Assembly: GCF_963921235.1 (NCBI RefSeq)
Contig: NC_086097.1
Location: 96,908,001-96,972,000, forward strand
DNA length: 64,000 nt
Direction: 5' to 3'
Origin: Mobula hypostoma
Lineage: Eukaryota
Within the stretch, counting starts at the first letter, position 1. Every line of letters begins with the position of its first letter. The notes under the pieces are model-generated. The model saw nothing but the letters and a program-made list of their open reading frames with translations. It was not told the DNA's origin and did not search any database. Positions 24,887 to 38,405 of this stretch are shown piece by piece. The translations under genes and the position numbers were made by a program.

Positions 24887-25724
24887 TGTTACGTGCCCTG
24901 TAACTGGGTTGCCAAACCAGCAGAAATGGACCACTTAGTTGGAGTCTGGATTACTGGAACTAAGAAAGTTTTATTAAAGAAATAAGTAACACAGTACTCT
25001 AATCGTAAGGATATAAATGCAACAGGTTAGCAATGATAAACACACACATGTACGCAGAACTAGGGTAATAGGAATCAACCAAGCTCTATCGCAGTCTAGG
25101 GGTAAAATGATCAGTCTCAAGTGACGCAGAGTTCAGTTCAGCTTAGTACAGTTCACAGTAATCGCTGTTGTGCCGTTGGAGAGAGAGAGAGAGAGAGGAT
25201 GATATGCAAATCTGATTCAGACAGACCTTGATGTTCTTCGCAGTTAGCTTTCGGGCGAACCCTTTTATGTCTTCTGTGGTCACTGACTGTGACCCCTCCG
25301 TTCTGGATATGACTGTTCTTCCACGGTGAACCCGGCACCCAGGCAAGGGCGGACACACACACCAGGTTCCCACCGATCGTACCTTTTCACCCTGTGAGTC
25401 TATGGTCCGTTCCCACGACCAGACCTCCAAACTCCTACCAACTTGTGGGGGCACACCGCTCTTCCAGGGTCTCATTATCTCATGATCTCATGGTGTCTGT
25501 CTTGCCTTAGCGAACCTGTTCCTTTTATCCCCCTGCTGGGGTATCGCCTGTCCATCAAACTTCAAACAGTTCAGGTTCAAAGCAATCGGTCTGTCAATAC
25601 TCGGACTGGTGTCTCTTTCCATTATCTTTCTCTCCTCTCTCATTAATATTTGGAATGTTTCTCCATTGTCTCACTTATCTCTCTCATTTGCATCAATCTT
25701 CTGATAACTTGGTTTTTCGTCACA
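24887..25724 (-). mobile_element. Solo LTR, Gmr1/Gypsy family
   Basis: TGTTACGTGCCC...GTCACA, clearly homologous to the 10139/14121 LTRs. TSD cttg/ctta. Confidence 0.88.
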
Positions 25725-26666
25725 CTTACAACAGGACATTGAGGGGATGCAGAGCTGGGCTGAGAAGTGGCAGATGGGGTTCAATCAGAGAAGTGTGAAG
25801 TGATATACTTTAGAGGGTTTCACTTGAATGTAGAATACAGGGTGAATGGTAAGATTCTTAGAACAGAGGAGGAACAGAGGTATCTTGCGATCTGTGTCCA
25901 TTGATCCCTCAAAGTTGCAATGCAGATTGATAGGGTGGTTAAGAAGGTATAAGCAACTTTTTTTATCTCCATCCTTTTTCTCCATTCTTGCCCCCCATAT
26001 CAATTCAGATATTTTCGAAAGATCTTATATTTGATGGATTAACGGAGCAAAATATGCATTTTTCCAGAGGAGCTATTAATTTAAGCTGCCATTTTGGATG
26101 ATGACATAACTGAAAACAAGCCCACGTAGTATATTTACAGGAAACTCACTTAAGTGAGAACGAGCATGGAAAACTAAAGAGAATGGGCTTCACTAATTTG
26201 TTGTTCTTCTCATATAAATCAGGACATAGGAGAGGAGTTGCTATTCTCATCACAAGCAAGCTAAATTTTGAAAAAGTATTTGAAATGGGAGATAAGGAGG
26301 GCAGGTATATTCTGGTAAGGGGGAATATAGATGGAAATCCAGTTACTCTATTGAATATATACGCACCCCCAGGAAGTGATATTAGTATCTTCCAGAAAAT
26401 TACTAATATTATGGTAACGGAAACAGAAGGTCTCTTGATATGTGGGGGAGACTTAAATTTACAATTACAACCGAAGTTAGACTCTTCCAATAGAAAAACC
26501 TATGAAACAAAATCCTTACATAAGAAAGTTAACACACTTTTTGAGGATGTTGGTCTAATTGATATATGGGGGGACCTTTCCCCCGACAGAAGGGATTACA
26601 CTCATTATTCTGCCCCCCATTCTTTATATACAACAATAGACTATTTCATAACATTTGGAAAAGATA

Positions 26667-26979
26667 TATATATATATATAGGCATCCATTAGACTCGTGA
26701 GACCATGGATTTGAATCTTGGAAAGTTTCCAGGGCACAGGCCTGGGCAAGGTTGTATGGAAGTCCGGCAGTTGCCCATGCTACAAGTCTCCCCTCTCCAC
26801 ACCACCGATGTTGTCAAAGGGAAGGGCATTAGGACCCACACAGCTTGGCACTGGTGCCATCGCAGAGCAATGTGTGGCTAAGTGCCTTGCTCAAGGACAC
26901 AACACGTTGCCTCAGCCAAGGCTCTAACTAGCGACCTTCAAATCACTAGACGAACGCCTTAACCACTTGGCCACGCGCC
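26667..26979 (-). mobile_element. tRNA-derived SINE with CORE-like segment and (TA)n tail, inserted in the L1
   Basis: Minus-strand head tggcgcgtggccaagtggttaaggcg and aagtgccttgctcaaggacacaac segment. 17-bp TSD aacatttggaaaagata / aacacttggaaaagata. Confidence 0.85.
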
Positions 26980-27577
26980 AACACTTGGAAAAGATAAAGA
27001 CAAAATAAACACCTGTGGAATTGGGACAATAGATGTAAGTGACCATGCACCTATATATTTATCTGTTGATTTTGGCCTACAACTAAAGAATACTATTTGG
27101 AAACTAAATTCAAGTCTACTCAATGATTCCTGTTTTAAGGAACACATTAAAAAAGAAATTGGTCTTTACCTAGAATTCAATGATAATGGAGAGGTTTCTC
27201 CTCCCATTCTATGGGATGCTCTGAAGGCTGTCTTAATAGGGAAACTTACGGCGATATCTTCATATAAGAAAATAAGGAGTAAAAGATCAGAGGAATTACA
27301 AAATAAGCTGAAGGAACTACAAACACGTTTGTAGAAAAAAACACAAGTTGAGTTTGGCACAGTATACATTAGAGGAAAATTTAAAAATTAGGAATGAAAT
27401 TAATAGTTTGGCTACACAAGAAATCAGGAAAAATTTAATGTTTCTGAAACAGAGACGCTGTGAGAGTGGATCTAAATCTATGAAAATACTGGCATGGAAA
27501 CTGAAAAAAAAGATAGCAGAAAATACAATTCATAGAATTAGGGATCCAAGAACAAAAGTGATTAAAAAAAACAAGCT

Positions 27578-27688
27578 ACGTCGACTGTACCTCTTCCTAC
27601 AGATGCTGCCTGACCTACTGCGTTCACCAGCTTTTTTTGTGTGTGTTGCTTGAATTTCCAGCATCTGCAGATTTCCTCATGTCTGCGT
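27578..27688 (+). mobile_element. Short Penelope-derived terminal fragment inserted in L1 ORF2
   Basis: cgtcgactgtacctcttcctacagatgctgcctgacctactgcgttcaccagc matches 18359-18415. Confidence 0.75.
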
Positions 27689-30600
27689 AAGTGAAATTCA
27701 AGAAGCTTTTGAAGTGTTTTACAAAACTTTATATTCCAAAGTTCCGGGGGAAGCATAACCCAAATTGACACCTTCCTAAATTCTATAGAGTTACCCACTT
27801 TAAGCGAAGAACAAAATAGAACGATGACTGCTGACATAAATGAAACTGAACTAAAAACTACAATTAGTAGGCTTAAAATAAGCAAGTCACCAGGATCAGA
27901 TGGATATATGGCAGAGTGGTATAAAGAATTTAAAATTGAGTTAATTCCTGTTTTGCTCCCCACACTGAACTGGACTCTAGGAAAGGCGCAAATGCCACCC
28001 AGCTGGAAGGAGGTGATAATCTCAGCTATACCGAAAGAAGGCAAGGGTAAAATGGAATGTGGGTCATTTAGAACAATATCTGTTATTAATGTAGACTATA
28101 GATTATTTACTTCCATCATGGCCAAACGATTAGAAGAGTTTCTACCCACACTGATACATAATGATCAGACAGGTTTTATACAACAACGCCAAACACAAGA
28201 CAATATACGAAGAACACTTCACATTATGGATCATATACAAAAAAAATGAAATTGAAGCAGTAGTGATAAGCGTGGATGCTGAAAAGCCATTTGATTCAGT
28301 TAATTGGGATTTCCTTTACAGAGTTTTACATAGATTTGGTTTACATGACACAATTATTAAAACTATACAGGCACTATATGACAATCCTACTGCTAGGATT
28401 AAAATCAATGGATATTTATCAAATAGTTTTACCCTAGAAGGGGGCATAAGACGGGGTTGTGCATGGTCACCGCTATTTGTCGCATTATATCTGGAACCAT
28501 TAGCTCAACACATCAGACAAAATGAAGATATCAGGGGAATTACTATTAAAGGGACAGAGCATAAATTGGCTTGTTACGTGGATGACATTTTGATCTATCT
28601 AGGGCAACCAACATACTCTTTACCTAAATGGATGCAATCATTTGAACAATGTGGTCAATTATCAGGATACAAAATTAACATAGATAAAACCCAATTACTT
28701 TCATATAACTATAGCCCACCAAGAAAAATTGAAAGTAGATATCCCTGGGCATGGAAAACAGAGTTCTTCAAATATTTGGGCATCTTTATGCCAAAAGATT
28801 TGGCAAAATTATCAGAATGCAATTATCCGCCTATATATAAAAAAAAATTAGGGAAGATATAACAAGATGGAACCTAATTCCCTTTTTCAGTCTCAGTTCA
28901 AGGATTGAATCCTTTAAAATGAATATATTGCCCAGACTATTATATCTCTTTCAGACCCTACCAATTTAACCAAAATCAATTCAATGAATGGAGCAAAATG
29001 TTATCAAGATATGTATGGCAAGGTAAAAGGCCTAGAGTTTGTCTCAAAACTTTGCAATTAGCCAGGGAAAATGGGGGATGGAGCCTACCTTCTCTTCAAG
29101 ATTATTATTTTGCAGCACAGTTGAGAGCCGTGATATGCTGGTGCAACCCATCATATGGCGCTCAATGGAAAAACATTGAGGAGAGGATGCTTTCCATCCC
29201 CATACAGGCAATTTTAGCTGACAACAACCTACAAAGTTACATAAATACTATTGATAACCCATGGGTGAAGTGGACTCTTAAAATATGGAAATCTGTTATA
29301 AAAGAATATAAACTAGAGAGATATGTAATTCTTAAATGGTGTGCATATAACTCAGATTTTACACCGAATAAACTGGATGCTAGATTTAAGGACTGGACAG
29401 CTAAAGGAATTTCTTTGCAATATAATGAAAGAAGGGACACTGTTCAGTTTTGAAATGCTTAAAGAGAAACATTTGTTAGAAAAACAAGACTTTTACTGGT
29501 ATTTACAGATGCGACAGAATGTTAATAGGATGGTTAAAAATGTAACCAAGGCAAGTACATGTTTGATAGAGCTATTTAGAAAAGCATATAATTCAGGTAA
29601 TGGTAGTAGAATCATTTCAAGCGTGTATAAGGGTTTGTCAAATCTTAAATCACATTTGACTTCGTACATTAAAACAAAATGGGAGAAAGAAGGAGAGAGA
29701 ATTATATCTGAGGAAGAATGGACAATAATATGGAGGTACCAATGGAAGTGTACCAGTTCACAGAAATGGAGGGAGGTCGGATGGAAAAATTTGACAAGAT
29801 ATTTTATTACACCCTGTCAGAAATCTCATTATGATAGTAACCTCCCTGTTGGATGGAGAAATTGTGGATATCAAAATGCAAACCATTATCATATTTTCTG
29901 GGAATGCGTCGTCATCAAAGACTATTGGAGTAGGATACACAATGTCCTACAAGACATCTTTAAATGTGAAATACCCTTAGAAAGTAAGACCATATATTTT
30001 GAGTATATACCTCTAGAATAGTTGAAAAGAGATAAATATTTAATGAATATACTGCTGGTGGCTGGTAAAAAGACTCTTACCAGGAAATGTTTATCACAGG
30101 AGAGCCCAACTTTAGATGGAAATTACAATGGACATTTACAAAATGGAGAAGTTAATCACAAGTTGGAACAACTTGATTCATACTGGGGAAAATGGTTCAA
30201 CTACATAACACCTCATAGGCCTGATTTTATTCTCACAAATCAATAAATATGTTGTAAAAAAAAGATCACTCCCTACTTGTACATAGTTTTCTCCTTTTGC
30301 TTGTTCTTTCTTTCCTCTCTTTTCTATAAGTGTATACCTCAGATAAATATTATATGGAGATTTGTGGCATATATATGATATATATGTACAATATCTGAAA
30401 TACATCTTATGGAAATGTTTGTTTGATGATGAACTTCAATAAAAAATAAAATACAAAAAAAAAGAAGGCATAAGAAAGTGGTTAAGAAAGTGTGTTGGCC
30501 TTCATGAGTCGGGGACTGAGTTCAAGAGCTGTGAGGTAAATTTTCATCGCAATAAAACTCTGGTTAGACCACACTTGGAATCCCTTCTGTTGTGTCACAT

Positions 30601-31672
30601 TCCGGTTGACTCATTATAGGAAGAATGTGGAAGCATTGGAGAAATGCAGAGGAGATTTACTAGGATGCTGCCTGGATTAGAAAGCATGTGGAAAGATTGA
30701 GTGAAGTTGGGCTTTACTATGGAACAATGGAGAATGAATGATGATTTGACAGAGGTGTATAAGATGATGAGAGGTGCAGATAGGATGGACAGCACGTGCT
30801 TTTTCCCAGGGTGGAAATGGCTGATATGAGCGGATTTCATTTTAAGGTGACTGAAGAAAGATATGGGGGATGTCAGAAGTAGATCTTTTACACAGAGAGT
30901 GGTGTGTGTGTAGGATACGCTGTCAGGGATGCTGGTAGAGGCAGATCCATTAGGGACATTTAAGAGACTCGTAGATAGGTACAGGGATGAAAACATGGTC
31001 GGGGTTCCTGACACAGCTTATCACATTTTAATGGAGCTGCCAACTCAACCAAAGGTCGAAGTGAAGTTTTATTTCAAATAATTTTTAAAAATGGATTTAC
31101 CCAAGCTGAAATTGGTTTTGAATTAAATAGTAGCAGCTTCCCAATGTCTATTTTTTAATGATTTAATTGTTAATTTGCATGTTTGATAGAGAGCCAATAT
31201 ACAGTAGTACAGGGGTGCATGGGTGGATAACGGGTTCCACCTATCACCAGTAGCCTCTGTCCCATCCTCCCTCATTCTGCTGTGTACTGGCATTCTTTCC
31301 TCGTCCCTCTCAATCCTGATCGAGGGCACCAATCTGAAATGCCAACTTCGTCACTGGGTCATAGAGACATACATCATGGAGACAGGCCCTACAGGCCAAC
31401 TGCTCCATGCTGACCAAGATTCCCAGCTGAGCCAGTCCCATTTGCCTGCCGTTGGCCCATATCCATCTGAACCTTTCCTATCCATGTACCTCTGCAAGCA
31501 CCTTTCAAGTGTTGTTACTATCCCTGCCTTAACCATTTGCCCCAGATGTGCTGCCTGTAGCAGCCAGAGCAGTGTCAAGTATCCCAGCATGCTTTGGAAG
31601 CCTACTATGGTGCCCAGGGAGAGATGCTGGAAACTGTAGAACAAAGGGGGCACAACGAATGAAGGTCATATC

Positions 31673-34600
31673 TGATCTCTGTTTATTTTCTGATCCTTGG
31701 GGTTCTTTCAGTAGTCAGGAATGACAGTCTTAAATACAATATTTCAGTTTCTTTTAGAGTACAAACCAACATACAAGTACTAAGCAAATTAAATAAAAGG
31801 CTGAGAAATGATGAAAATGGGTGCATGAAGAAGATGCCCAGAAGCCAAAGTGGTGCCTCTCCAGGATGGAAAAATCCTTGACCTTTATAGATCAGTAATT
31901 CCTTAGATAGAGAATAAGCTGGTTAATAGGCTACATCATCATGGCTGATGTGCTAATACTTAGCCAATGAAAATTGAGAAAGGTGATAAACCGTTAGTTT
32001 AGCTGCTATACCACTTTCTACCAGTGAGTGGGGATGAACCAGCACATTATGTGGAAAATACACAAGATAGTTAAAAAGTACACATCTTATAAAAAGTATT
32101 ATTAAAACAAAACAATGGTTTCCAACAGTCCCTCCTTTAGATTTTCTGAGGGTCCCTGTCAGAATCACATCTGAAAATTGACAGTAATCATTTTTAACAA
32201 TTACAAAAGCTGTAAATTATGATAATAATGTCCAATAAATATATTTCTGCCTGAAGTCTTCCCACAGTACTTGTCGGAATCGGACTCACTTTATCTTGCT
32301 TGCAGTGTCTGTCATGTCCCACCTTACTTTTACCTTCAACCTTAATTACTGAATTGGTAATTCACAGTTCTTGGTAAGGACCTTCCCATTGAGCTCCCAT
32401 GGGTTCCTTATGCAGTTTCCTGACCAGGATCCACTCACCAGGAATCAAGGTCTGTCCTCCTTCTGATGGACCACTCCAAGCAGCAGAAACCTGTTCAGAA
32501 GCAGAGTGAACAACTTGTGTTACCTTTGCACAATATCAACTAAACTATTTGATATAGAATATTTATCAGCCTCTCCGAGATCAACAGCACCCAGTGGTGA
32601 CATGGGTCAACACGTCACCACTTCAAACGGACTCAATTTTGTTTTCCTGTTTGAGGTTGCCCCGATGCTGCATCAAACTGAAGGAAGAGCTGTCGGCCAT
32701 GGTACCCCTTCTTTGTGATATCTAGTCAGTCGTTGTTTGACGATGCCATTCATTCTTTCAACTTGTCTTGATGACTGGATGATGTGGGGAATGACAAGAC
32801 CATTCCATGTTCATTGGTCAACATAATTCTTGACAGACATTTCCAGTGAAATGTGTTCCCTGGTCAGAGTCAATGTGACACGGCCATCCCCATCTCGGAG
32901 TACAGTCCTTAATCAGAGTTCTGGCTGTGTGTGTGGCAGTAGCTTTTCTTGCTGGGTTGGCTTCCACCCATCCTGAAAACATGTCCACTATTGCTGACAA
33001 ATCTGAATATCATTGGCACTTTGGTAAAGTGATGTAGTCCACATGTAGATGTAAGAATGGACCAGGTGGGACAGGAGTGCATAGTTCAGGTAGCACATTC
33101 TTTCCATATTTCTTTACCAACAGTATCCAGATTATAGGTGTAAACACAAGGAATTCTGCAGATGCTGGAAATTCAAGCAACACACATCAAAGTTGCTGGT
33201 GAATGCAGCAGGCCAGGCAACATCTCTAGGAAGACATTACAGGTGTCATTTAAGCAAGCACTTAACATTTCAGATAACTTCTCACTTTCAGCTGGAATCC
33301 AAGGGACTCACTGGTTTGTTTCAAATTTGGCCAATGTATTAGTTTTGTTGTTCACTTTCAGAAGTCAAAAATCTCACAACCCTGTTGTGACTGTAATATC
33401 AGGTTACAACCAAATAAACACCCATCTCATATCTTAAAACACTTGTCGGCCTCTTGTCCAACAACTGACACAACTCCATTGTGACTAATATCAGACTCCG
33501 GGTTTCAGATAATATATAAATGTGGGGAGAGCCAGCCTTGGATAACTAAGGAAATAAAAGATAGTATCATATTAAAAGCTCATGTGTACAAAGGCATAAA
33601 GAGTAGTGGGAGACTGGAGGATTGGGAAAACTTTAAAAAGCAACAGAGAATAACTATATAAGAAATAAGGAAAGGGAAGATAGAGTATGAAAGTAAATTA
33701 GCACAAAATATAAAAACAGTTCGCAAAAGTTTTTATAAATATATAAGGCAGAAAAGGGTGGCAAAAGTCAATGTAGGTCCCTTGGAAGACGAGAAGGGGA
33801 AATTGATATTGGGTGAGAAGGAAATGGCTGATGCATTGAACGTCTATTTTGTGTCAGTCTTCACGGTGGAGCACACGTCTAATTTGCCAAAGAAGGATGT
33901 TGTGGACAAAATGGGAGGACAGAACCTCGATAAAATCACTGTCACTAAAGAGATAGTGATGAGCAAACTAGAGGGCCTGAAGGTAGATAAGTCCCCTGGT
34001 CCAGATGGGTGCTGAAGGAATTGGCGGTGGTTATAGTAGACATGTTGTTAATAATTTATCAAAACTCTCTAGACTCCGGGCAGGTCCTGGCAGATTGGAA
34101 GACAGCAAATGTCACACAACTTTTTTAAAAAGGATGTAGATAAAAGACGAGTAACTATAGGCCAGTTAGCTTAATATTTGTAGTTGGGAAAATGCTTGAA
34201 GCTGTCATTAAGAAAGAAATACCGAAACATTTAGAAAGGAATGGTTACATTAGACAGACGCAGCATGGATTCAGAAAGGGCAGGTCCTGTTTGACAAACT
34301 TACTGGAGTTCGTTGAGGATATAATGAGTGCAGTGGATAGAGGGGAACAGGTGGATGTTGTATACTTGGATTTCCAGAAGGCACTCGATAAAGTGCCACA
34401 CAAGAGACTTATAAATAAGATATGGATGCATGGAGTCGAGGAAGTGTATTGGCATGGATAGTGGATTGGTTAACCAATAGAAGGCAGAGAGTTGGTATAA
34501 ATGGGTGTTTCTCCAGTTGGCAGTTGGTGAGTGGGGTGCCGCAGGGGTCGGTGCTGGGCCTGCAGCTGTTTACCATTTACATTGATGATTTGGAAGAGGG

Positions 34601-36261
34601 AACTGAGTGTAGCATAGCAAAATTTGCTGATGACGCTAAACTGAGTGGAAAAGCAAACGGTGCAGAGGATGTGGAGAGTCTGCAGAGGGATATAGATAGG
34701 TTAAGTGAGTGGGCCAAGGTCTGGCAGATGGAATACAACGTTGGTAAATGCGAGATTATCCTCTTTGGAAGGAATAATAGAAGAGCAGATTATTATTTAA
34801 ATGGTGAAAGATTGCAGCATGCTGTTGTGCAGAGGGACTTGGGAGTGATTGTTCATGAATCGCAAAAAGTTGGCTTGCAGGTACAACAGGTTATTAAGAA
34901 GGCAAACGGAATGTTGGCCTTCATTGCTAGAGGGATTGAATTCAAGAGCAGGGAGGTCATACTACAACTGTACAGGGTACTGGTGAGGCCGCACCCGGAG
35001 TACTGTGTGCAGTTCTGGTCTCCATACTTGAGGAAGGATATACTGGCTTTGGAGGCAGTGCAGAGGAGGTTCACCAGGTTGATTCCAGAGATGAAGGGGT
35101 TAACCTATGAGGAGAGATTGAGTCACCTGGGACTATACTCTCTGGAGTTCAGAAGAATGAGAGGGGATCTTATAGAAACATACAAAATCTTGAAAGGGAT
35201 AGATAAGATAGAAGTAGGAAAGTTGTTTCCATTGGTAGGTGAGACTAGAACTAGGGGACATTGCCTAAAGATTCGGGGAAGCAGGTTTAGGACGGAGATG
35301 AGGAGAAACTGTTTTTCCCAGAGAGTGGTGAATCTGTGGAATTCTCTGCCCAGGGAAGAAGTTGAGGCTTCTTCACTAAATATATTTAAGAAACAGTTTA
35401 GATAGGTTTTTACATAGTAAGGGAATTAAGGGTTATGGGGAAAAGGCAGGTAGACGGAGTTGAGTTTACGGACAGATCAACCATGAACTTATTGAATGGC
35501 GGGGCAGGCTTGATGGGCCAGATGGCCTACTCCTACTCCTATTTCTTATGTTCTTATGTTCTTATACCAGCCCCACACAGGTTGTAAACAACAAAAGATC
35601 CGTCACAACTAAAATACGGACTTCATTCACTCTCAGACTTCCGATAATCGATGTTCTGAAGATATTTATTCTTGGACAATCAAGAAAAGGAGGAATGTCT
35701 CACCTCCCGGCTGCGTGCTCAAAACTCCCTTTCTCAGCCCGGTCTTTTCTCCAAGTAATGATTCCACGTTTGGGCCCCAAATTATTGATCTCTGTTTATT
35801 TTCTGATCCTTGGGGTTCTTCCAGGAGTCAGGAATGACGATCAGTATTAAACAAAACGTTGCAGTTTAGTTTAGAGCACAAACAAACATACAAACACTAA
35901 TCAAACTAAATAAACAGCCGAGAAATGATGCTGAGGGGTGTATGGATACGAAGGCAAAGGAATAAAGAAGCCAAGAATCTAAGATGGTGCCTCTGAAAAA
36001 TCCCTTAATTTTATAGATAAAAAATTCCTTAGATAGACAAGCTAATTAATAGACTACATAATTAAATCAATTACATCATGTGGCTGATGTGCTAATACTT
36101 AGACAATAAAAAAGGAGAATGGTGATAAACCGTTAGCTGCTATACCACTTTCTGCCAGTGAGTGGAAATGTGCCACCACATAATGTGAAAAATACATGAG
36201 ATGGTTAAAAAGTACAAATCTCATAAAACGTATTATTAAAAAGAAATGATTGTTTACAACA
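31673..36261 (-). mobile_element. Class I (gamma/epsilon-like) endogenous retrovirus remnant
   Basis: Diverged LTRs at 31673-32127 and 35786-36261, PPT aaaggagggac, and a tRNA-Lys-like PBS (ttggggcccaaacgtgg). Integrase fragments IVDMFSGWVEANP...IDSDQGTHFTG (32818-33000) and WEGPYQ (~32375-32395). Confidence 0.85.
33517..35565 (+). mobile_element. CR1 LINE (5'-truncated) inserted in the ERV
   Basis: QHGFRKGRSCLTNLLEF, GVPQGSVLG and KFADD motifs, with a (ttcttatg)n tail. Same subfamily as 49445-52225. Confidence 0.93.
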
Positions 36262-36849
36262 GTCACAGGGTCATAGAGTCATACAGCACAGAAATAGGCC
36301 CTTCATCCCAACTAGCCCATGCTGACCAAGATTCCCAGCTAAGCCAGATACATTGGCCTGCGTTTGGTGCATATCCACCTAAACCTTCCTATCCATGTAC
36401 CTTTTCAAGTGTTGTTAATATCCCTGCCTTAACCATTTACCCCGTAGTTGCTGCTTGTAGCAGCCAGAGTAGTGTCAAGTATCCCATCATGCTTTGGGAG
36501 GATACTACGCTGCCCAGGAACCACAGAACAAAGAGGCACAATGAATGAAGATCTCAAATGATACAGAGCTGAGAGAGTTTTACTGAATTGTTGTCTGTCT
36601 CATTGGTATCAACCCACCGTGAGCTCTCCTGAAAACAGATCAAGCAAATAGGGGATCTGACACCTTGTGGAAAAGTACTATCCATTTGATTACTAATCTC
36701 AGATAAACACTGTGGTCATTTAGGCACAGCAATTTGAAGAAATAAGCACACATTCATAGGGATAAGGATTAGATTTAAGGCTGTGAATAGACAATGAATA
36801 ATTAAGTAATATACGGGAGGCATGTCACGAAATGTATAGAATATTCTTC

Positions 36850-37080
36850 GTGGGCAGCAGGGTAGTGTAACGGTTAGCATAGCACCATGACTCAATTCAC
36901 ACCGCTGTCTATAAGGAGATTGTACATTCTCTCCATGACTGAATGGGTTTCTTCTGGGTGCCCTGGTTTCCTCCCACATTCCAAAGGTGTACAACTTAGA
37001 AAGATAATTGGTCACGTGTGTGATTGGCCAGCGCAGGCTCATTGATCCGGAAATGTCTATTACCTGCTGTAGATCTCTAA
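36850..37080 (+). mobile_element. tRNA-derived SINE (decayed)
   Basis: Homologous to 7155-7422 and 19588-19765. Confidence 0.65.
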
Positions 37081-37222
37081 AACTCCAAAGGAAATCTTTC
37101 AATATGATGAGGTGACCAGTGGCAGTGACTCCAGAGACCAACCACTGAAGATGACCATGAGGGAAGGACTCAGAGATGAACCCACCAAGATCAAACCACA
37201 GCCTCATTCATCAAGTATAGGT

Positions 37223-38405
37223 TGAACAACTGTCTGTAAAGTTTAACCTACCTTATACTCATTTCTTTAGATATCTTCAAATTAGACATTTTATTCACCC
37301 TTTAATACCAAATTTTCCTGAGATGCCCAGAAAAATGTTGTGGACTTATTTCTTTGTATAAACCAATTGGGTAAAAGTTTAATATCTACTATTCATGATA
37401 AGTTAGTGACCTTGAGGCATGTCCCCTTTGATAAAATTAGAACTGCCTGGGAGCATGATTTAAATATTTCTCTGTCCAACGAGGTTTGGGATTCAATTCT
37501 TAAGTCAGTTAACTCAACCTCTTTATGTGCTCGCCACTGCCTTTTGCTGTTCAAGGTTGTACACAGGGCTTATATGTCTAAAACTAAACTATTCCGCGGT
37601 TTTATTCTGATATTAGTCCCTTTTGTGACAAGTGTAAAGTGGGTGAGGCTTCTCTTATCCATATGTATTAGGCTTGTCCTAGTTTGGAGAAATTTTGGAG
37701 GGATGTCTTTTTAACTTTATTCCATATCCTTAATTGCCACTTAGAACCTAACCCTTTGATTGCTCTTTTTGGCATTTTGGGTGAAGTTGACATGTGCTTG
37801 AGTCCGACTAAATGTCGAACACCGTCTTTTGCCTCTCTTTTGGCTAGACTTTTAGTTCTTCTTAGATGGGGAGATGTTGCCCCACCCACTCATGCTCAAT
37901 GGCTTAGAGACATTATGTCCTGCTTAGACCTTGAAAAGATTCATTGTTCACTTCTTAATTTGGACATAAAGTTCCATAAAGTATGGGGACCTTTTCTTGA
38001 ATATTTTCGTAACTCCTCTTTAGATTAAAGGTTTATCTTCCCTTTTCTTTTGGTACTTTAATCCCTTACATCCAACTTTCTTTTCTGGTTAATTTTTACG
38101 GTTTTTTTTCTGATGTGAAATATATTATAGTTTAGGTAGTAGGCAATACACTTTTTTTTTAATATTCACAGCTCTGTGGTGACAAAAGCTCTGATTAACT
38201 TTTCTTTATATCGTAATGGTTGGCTTGGAGTTGCATAGTGAGTGGGTGGGGAGGAAACTAACTTTATATGATTTTATTTTGAGTGCTTTTTCTTTACTGT
38301 TATGAATTGTACAACAGACACATTGGTTTTGCACTATAAATCTCCTTTTTGTTGGTGTTTTTTTTGTTGTAATGTAGAAACTCATAAAATAATTAATTTT
38401 TAAAA
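37223..38405 (+). mobile_element. L1/Tx1-clade LINE 3' fragment
   Basis: ORF2 C-terminal pieces (AWEHDL, FKVVHR, CDKCK...HMY) and an A/T-rich 3' end. 17-bp TSD attcatcaagtataggt / attcatcaagtatgggt. Confidence 0.85.

Larger units (their letters stand above)
25954..30461 (+). mobile_element. L1/Tx1-clade LINE with fragmented ORF2 (APE endonuclease, RT, C-terminal Cys region) and poly(A)
   Basis: YLQETHL, NIYAP, GGDLN, KSPGSDG, DQTGF, SVDAEKPFDSV, YVDD, KYLGI and HIFWEC motifs. aataaa plus A-tail at ~30438-30461. TSD aagaaggtataag (25941-25953) / aagaaggcataag (30462-30474). Confidence 0.92.
23975..31000 (+). mobile_element. Decayed CR1 LINE interrupted by a solo LTR and an L1
   Basis: CR1 RT pieces at 23975-24886, 25725-25953 and 30475-31000 are colinear (QSQHGF, YMDFGK, gatgacacgaag, ggttaagaag...ggccttcat). 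Confidence 0.82.

Noticed and set aside
26930..26979. tRNA-like sequence
   Set aside because: It is the head of a TSD-flanked SINE, not a tRNA gene.
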